Assembly (NCBI GenBank): GCA_963760525.1
Contig: CAVXDT010000003.1
Location: 18,448-82,447 of the forward strand
DNA: 64,000 bases
Source of the DNA: Nitrososphaeria archaeon
GTDB lineage: Archaea > Thermoproteota > Nitrososphaeria > JACIWG01
Direction: 5' to 3'
Numbering within the stretch: the first letter of the stretch is position 1; each line of letters begins with the position of its first letter. This document shows positions 58,955 to 64,000 of the stretch, one piece after another. A program made the translations under genes and the position numbers. The notes below the pieces were generated by a model. It was not told the origin of the DNA. It saw only the letters and a list, made by a program, of their open reading frames with translations, and searched no databases.

Positions 58955-59878
58955 TCATCCTTTGACAATATCATCAAGACTCCTATCTTCAATAATGTAT
59001 CCAACTTGAAACAGGCGGTTCAAGAATTCGTATTTCCATCCCACCCAGCCATTCTTTAATCCGCTTTGTATACCATGAACTTTGATACCAGAATAGAGAT
59101 TGAAGGGAAGGCTAGGCATCACTTTGGCAAGTCTGCAAATAGCATTAAACAATGGTTTGCGTTCTATTCCTTCTGCAAGTGGTTTACGTTTCTTTCTAAT
59201 AGTACGAGCAAATTTAGCTGTATCTTTTATACTACGCCAAGTTATTGGGTGATTATTCATGTGAATAATTCCGCTCTCAAGAATATGTGCCTCGAAGCTA
59301 CGCTCGAGCACATATTTTAGAATATACGTATCTTCATATATGTGCAAGAAAGGTGGAATACTGATGTCCTTGATTGCCTCGCGACGGAGAAGCGTATCAT
59401 GTGTTCCTCCACGCTTCAGGAAATTTTCTATTGCATATTCACGATATTTAATTTCCTGAGCTTTTGAGAGACAATTTCTATCAGATAGCTCTGGCCAATC
59501 TATCCCCCAAATCAACCCTGCTTTTGGTTCGGAAGTATACGCCACAGCCTCATTCCACCAACCAAATTGTAGCCAAGCATCGTCGTCAAGAAATAACAGC
59601 CAATCATCATTGAAGTTTTCAAGAAATACATCTATTGCAGTTTGCCGTGCAGTAGCTCTCGTTGATCCATAATAACCATAAAGATTTGACTTGTTAATCA
59701 TAAGCTTCTTAGAGTGTTTTAATGCAAAACATCTAACAATATCTTTTGTCTTGTCTTGACCATCGTCAATCAAAATCATCTCATTATATGGAACTTGCAA
59801 TGACCGCTTGAGAGTTTCATGGAAGTCATCATTGAGTTCTAAATAGCTGTTTTTCGTAGGCATTGCAAGTATTACCAA
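58955..59878 (-). CDS. Glycosyltransferase family 2-like protein
   Basis: N-terminal beta-strand VILAMPTKN, ILIDDGQDKT (DDG..D nucleotide-binding motif) and a LFLDDDAW DxD motif. TTG start. Confidence 0.6.
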   Translation of the reverse strand: MVILAMPTKNSYLELNDDFHETLKRSLQVPYNEMILIDDGQDKTKDIVRCFALKHSKKLMINKSNLYGYYGSTRATARQTAIDVFLENFNDDWLLFLDDDAWLQFGWWNEAVAYTSEPKAGLIWGIDWPELSDRNCLSKAQEIKYREYAIENFLKRGGTHDTLLRREAIKDISIPPFLHIYEDTYILKYVLERSFEAHILESGIIHMNNHPITWRSIKDTAKFARTIRKKRKPLAEGIERKPLFNAICRLAKVMPSLPFNLYSGIKVHGIQSGLKNGWVGWKYEFLNRLFQVGYIIEDRSLDDIVKG

Positions 59879-59997
59879 GATGCTACACCGGTAATCTACC
59901 TCTTAGTTAAACATGATTTAAAAATATTACGATTTCTATAGTTTATGAAACCGTTTCTTAAATTAGTTGACTTATACTTCACTTTTTCGCAGAGATA

Positions 59998-60828
59998 TCA
60001 GCTATTCTCCAATCGTCTTATCGCTTCTGTGACTTCAGACAAGCGTTTTATTTCTATGTCAGGCTTCGCTTGCTCCCTTGAAATACCGTCCATTCTTCTA
60101 GAAAGTGCAATAAGAGATGTAGGATCCGATTCAGCCATACTGTCTCTTCCTTCCACGCTTGAAAGGTATATTGTTTTCAAGTCTGCATATTTAGCTCCCC
60201 AAACGTCAGTTCTCAAATTATCGCCCACATGAACAATCTCTTTAGGTTTGATTCCAAGATGCTTCGCAGCTAAATGAAAGATTCTAGGATCGGGTTTTCT
60301 GATACCAACTTCCTCAGAATAAATCATGTCATCGAAGTAATCTGAAACACGCTCTTTCATTAGGAATTCACGTAAAGCTACTCCTGGAGTTATTCCTGTA
60401 TTGGATATTAATCCGACTTTGATGTTGTTCTTCTTTAATATGCCAAGAAGATTATATCCATCGGGGTTAATGTAAGCTGGGACTTCGAACATGGGAAAGA
60501 CGAATGCTGAGTCCAACTCCTTAACCCATTTCTCTTCTAAGGTTGAAGACCCTTTAGAAACAAACTTATGGATAAAGCGAAGCTGATCAATATGGGATAC
60601 ATCATTGTTTGTCTCCCAAACTCTAACAAGGTAGGATGTTAACTCCTTGAAGGCTAACTCGACCTGCTCAATAGAAACTCTAATTCCAAGGTTAGTGAGA
60701 GATTGGGCTAAATGTTTACAACGAAGATCATTTCTGAGCGAGCTACAACCTTCTCTTTCAAATATTAGGGTTTCCCAAAGATCAAAAGTCACAGCTTTGA
60801 TCTTCAAACCAGTTCGCACCGCATCCAA
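59998..60828 (-). CDS. HAD-superfamily hydrolase
   Basis: Motif I AVTFDLWETL, LISNTG (motif II) and a distal HVGDNLRTD. TTG start. Confidence 0.7.
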   Translation of the reverse strand: MDAVRTGLKIKAVTFDLWETLIFEREGCSSLRNDLRCKHLAQSLTNLGIRVSIEQVELAFKELTSYLVRVWETNNDVSHIDQLRFIHKFVSKGSSTLEEKWVKELDSAFVFPMFEVPAYINPDGYNLLGILKKNNIKVGLISNTGITPGVALREFLMKERVSDYFDDMIYSEEVGIRKPDPRIFHLAAKHLGIKPKEIVHVGDNLRTDVWGAKYADLKTIYLSSVEGRDSMAESDPTSLIALSRRMDGISREQAKPDIEIKRLSEVTEAIRRLENS

Positions 60829-60859
60829 AGATTGATTATCCGGTTTAAGTTTTTTACTT

Positions 60860-61888
60860 CTATGAATTGTTTTTAAGTCCTTTGTTGACCTCTATTCTTC
60901 CATCTTTTATCACAAATTTGATATTGTCTCTATCTTGAATGGTTTTTATGTCTTCAAGGGGGTTGCCCTTGACTGCTATCAGGTCCGCTGCCTTTCCCCC
61001 TTCAAGTGTTCCAGTTTTATGTAAAAGGTTGCATGCCTCAGCTGCGTTTTTTGTGGCTGCGATTATAGCTTCCAAAGGAGTAAAATTGCATTTCTCAACA
61101 AGTAGTTGAAGTTCCATTGCGTTTAATCCATACTTGAGCATTGGTGTGCCTGTGAAGTCGGTTCCAGCTGCTATCTTCACACCATACTTCTTAGCTATTG
61201 CTAAGTTTTTAACGTGAATATCAACCACTTTTTGTGCTTTTTCAAGTCCCCATTCGGGTGTACCTGCTTCTCTTCCTTCTTTGACTATTTGGTGGACTAT
61301 TGACAGAGTAGGTGTAAGTATTGTGTCATTTGTCTTCATCATTTTAGCTCCTTCCTCGTCTAAAAATATCCCATGTTCAATAGTTCTTACTCCTCCTATC
61401 AGGGCGTTTTTTATTCCTTGAGTGCCTTGAGCATGAGAAGCAACATATGTTCTTACCTTTCTAGCCTCATTTACTATCGCGGTGATTTCTTCTATTGTGA
61501 ACTGTTCATCTTCAGGTTTATCCCTTTCAGACATGACTCCTCCGGTAGTAAAAATCTTAATGAAGTCCGCTCCTTCTCTAAGCGTCGATCTAGCACCTCT
61601 AATGCATTCATCGACACCGTCACATATCAAGTCTCCGAAACCAAATTTGAATTTGCTTCTTTCTTTCACTATTTGCAGTGGAAAATAGTGCTCATCTCCA
61701 TGCCCAAAAGTTTGTGAAAGTGCTCTGTGTGCTGTGAGAATTCTGGGACCTCCCACGTATCCCTGCTGCATAGCTGTTCTTAACGGTACTCCATTTAAGC
61801 TAGACATATCCCTTACTGTTGTGAAGCCTGATTCTAATAGTTGTTCGATGTCTTTAGCTGCTTTAAGAAGTAGTAACTGAATTATGGA
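60860..61888 (-). pseudogene. Truncated metal-dependent amidohydrolase (imidazolonepropionase/Xaa-Pro-dipeptidase-like superfamily). The N-terminal beta-sandwich and HxH metal motif are missing.
   Basis: The frame is open back to 61888 and reads SIIQLLLLKAAKDIEQLLESGFTTVRD-MSSLNG..., with no start codon before the ATG at 61807. GFTTVRD normally follows the HxH motif by about 40-60 residues. Only about 40 nt separate the end of the frame from the divergent lon-like gene. Confidence 0.55.
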
Positions 61889-61930
61889 TTACGACACAAA
61901 AGCTTTAAAATAGTAATTTTGTCTAATGAG

Positions 61931-64000
61931 ATGATGACTATGTCGAATGAACTGCCTTTTGATAAGCTTAGAAGGATAGATGAATTTGACGCAATAGCTT
62001 GCGACACAACAGAGCAGGTTCATCCTCTTGAAGAGATTATTGGTCAAGAACGAGCTGTTAGGTCGCTTAAGTTTGGTATTGAGATCGAAGAGCCAGGGTT
62101 TAACGTATATGTGTCAGGCTATCCCGGGACTGGCAGAAAAACTGCTGTCAAAGACTTCTTGGATAAGATTGCAAAGACTAAGCTAGTACCTTCAGATTGG
62201 TGCTATGTCAACAACTTCAGCAATCCATATGAACCTAAAGCTCTTAAGATGCCTGCAGGTTATGGGAAGGTCTTCAAAAAGGACATATCAAAGCTGATCG
62301 TCGACGTCAGACGAGTTCTTCCTAGGATTTTTGAAAGCGACGATTATACTGCAAAAAGGGATGCAACTGTTAAGAAGATTGAGGAAGAAAGGGACAAACT
62401 TCTTGCTCAACTTAACAGAAGAGCTCAGGCAGAAGGATTTGCCATTAGAGGTTCAGAAATTGGTCTTTTGCTCATTCCGCTGGTGAACGGGAAGCCCATG
62501 AATGAAGAAGATCTCGCAGCTTTGAATGAGAAAGATAGGTCAGAAATTGAGGAAAAGAGAAATGCTCTGACTGTTGAACTAAGAAGTACGATTAGACAGA
62601 TTAAGGATTTGGAAATAAAGGCCAGTGAAGAAATAGTCAAGATGAATCGTGAAGTAACACTTTTCGCTGTGGGTAATTTAGTATCTGATCTTAAAGAGAA
62701 ATATAAGGAATTTAATGATATCATACAATACCTCGACGAAGTTCAAAATGATATATTGGAGAATTTTGACCAGTTCATAAAAGAGCCAGAATCAGCTCAA
62801 GGTCCGTTTTCAGTTGCTTGGATGAAGAACCTATTGTTCAAAAAGTACGAAGTAAACGTTATAGTTGACAACTCTAACCTTAGGGGTGCTCCTGTCATAT
62901 TAGAGCTTAACCCAACGTACCAAAATCTATTTGGAAGAATAGAGAAGGAAGCTCAGTTTGGTGTTTTACAGACAGATTTCACTATGATACATTCTGGTTC
63001 ACTGCACAAGTCTAATGGTGGATATCTAGTTATCCCTGTAGAGGATCTCCTCCGCAATCCCCTGTCTTGGGATTCGATTAAGACAGCATTGACGAATAGA
63101 GACATCACTATTGAGGAACCAGGTGAACGCTTAGGTCTGTTGAGCACAAAAGGTTTGAGGCCAGAGCCTATTCCTCTAAATGTTAAGGCGATTTTGATAG
63201 GATCTCCTGTTCTTTATCAACTGCTTTACACTTTGGACATGAGCTTCAAGGAGTTGTTTAAAGTCAAAGCTGACTTTGACATTTCAATGAGTCGGACGAA
63301 AGATAACGTGCAAAGGTATGCTTCCTTTATCTGCACTATATGTAAAAAGGAGAAACTCAAACATCTCGACAAGTTCGCTGTTGCCAAAATTGTAGAATTC
63401 AGCTCAAGGCTGGCTGAAGATCAACAGAAACTTACTACAAGGTTTGCTGACATTGCTGATATCATACGTGAAGCTGACTTCTATGCCCGCCAAGTTAGTT
63501 CAAACTACATAAGCGTCGACAACATAGAGAAAGCTATCGAAGAGAAGGGTTATCGTTCAAGCCTAATCCAAGATAAGATTCGTGAAATGATTCAACGCAA
63601 TATCCTTTTGATCGACACAAAAGGCGAAGTTACAGGTCAAGCTAACGGTCTCTCAGTAATTACTTTGGGCGATATATCTTTCGGTATACCCTCACGTGTT
63701 ACGGCAACAGTTGGTATAGGAAGAGAAGGTATCATAGACATTGAAAGAGAAGCGGAGATGGGAGGGCCTATTCACACAAAGGGAGTCATGATCCTCAGCG
63801 GATATCTGGCCGAAAGATATGCTCAAGACAAACCTCTTACGCTCTCAACTCGTCTTGTCTTTGAACAGAACTATGAAGGAGTAGAAGGAGATAGTGCTTC
63901 AAGTACAGAACTTTACGCTATTCTTTCTGCCCTATCTGGCTTTCCGATTAAGCAGAGCATAGCTTTAACAGGGTCAGTGAACCAGAAGGGACAGGTTCAA
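61931..64000 (+). CDS. Lon-like protease of the COG1067/LonC type (AAA-like domain with a variant P-loop). The 3' end lies beyond the right edge.
   Basis: The frame is open from the ATG at 61931 to base 64000 (690 codons). The track does not list it because no stop falls in the window. The N-terminus reads IIGQERAVRSLKFGIEIEEPGFNVYVSGYPGTGRKTAV. The Lon protease domain contains the catalytic-Ser motif EGVEGDSASSTELYAILSAL. Confidence 0.8.
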   Translation, partial: MMTMSNELPFDKLRRIDEFDAIACDTTEQVHPLEEIIGQERAVRSLKFGIEIEEPGFNVYVSGYPGTGRKTAVKDFLDKIAKTKLVPSDWCYVNNFSNPYEPKALKMPAGYGKVFKKDISKLIVDVRRVLPRIFESDDYTAKRDATVKKIEEERDKLLAQLNRRAQAEGFAIRGSEIGLLLIPLVNGKPMNEEDLAALNEKDRSEIEEKRNALTVELRSTIRQIKDLEIKASEEIVKMNREVTLFAVGNLVSDLKEKYKEFNDIIQYLDEVQNDILENFDQFIKEPESAQGPFSVAWMKNLLFKKYEVNVIVDNSNLRGAPVILELNPTYQNLFGRIEKEAQFGVLQTDFTMIHSGSLHKSNGGYLVIPVEDLLRNPLSWDSIKTALTNRDITIEEPGERLGLLSTKGLRPEPIPLNVKAILIGSPVLYQLLYTLDMSFKELFKVKADFDISMSRTKDNVQRYASFICTICKKEKLKHLDKFAVAKIVEFSSRLAEDQQKLTTRFADIADIIREADFYARQVSSNYISVDNIEKAIEEKGYRSSLIQDKIREMIQRNILLIDTKGEVTGQANGLSVITLGDISFGIPSRVTATVGIGREGIIDIEREAEMGGPIHTKGVMILSGYLAERYAQDKPLTLSTRLVFEQNYEGVEGDSASSTELYAILSALSGFPIKQSIALTGSVNQKGQVQ

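Overview
This 64 kb window looks like a low-GC chromosomal segment from an archaeon, probably of the TACK/Thermoproteota type. The supporting markers are MCM, Hel308, a Sulfolobus-type single-OB SSB with an RGG tail, tandem PurP genes, archaeal thiolase/DUF35 and RtcB. I support about 58 protein-coding genes, mostly housekeeping and central metabolism: replication and repair, the grpE-dnaK-dnaJ operon, purine synthesis, enolase, a citramalate/IPM synthase, several HAD hydrolases, flavoproteins, peptidases and permeases. Reading by eye, I found no rRNA, tRNA, CRISPR array, transposase or integrase, but no covariance search was possible. The main finding is that rtcB, which encodes the tRNA-splicing ligase, is split into three ORFs by two very short insertions of 21 nt and 38 nt inside its most conserved motifs. 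Each insertion folds into a bulge-helix-bulge (BHB) motif, and the canonical cleavage positions remove exactly the nucleotides needed to restore ...PDGHE|GYGFPIGG... and ...GGVGYDI|NCGVR.... This points to archaeal endonuclease-type mRNA introns in the gene for the ligase that would have to rejoin them. Secondary observations are listed here. (1) A second purP paralog has its conserved first 14 codons in a separate frame, linked by ATGA stop/start overlaps. (2) A radical-SAM/SPASM enzyme with an RRE-like N-terminus sits next to an HExxH protein and a 17-codon Cys-containing ORF, which may form a RiPP cassette. (3) A thiolase, DUF35::SDR fusion and CoA-transferase form an apparent operon. (4) An amidohydrolase remnant is truncated at its 5' end. 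(5) A TRAM protein carries an RGG head and an (EDT)n tail encoded by perfect 9-bp repeats. Functional calls rest on motif recognition in the supplied translations. No database search was run.
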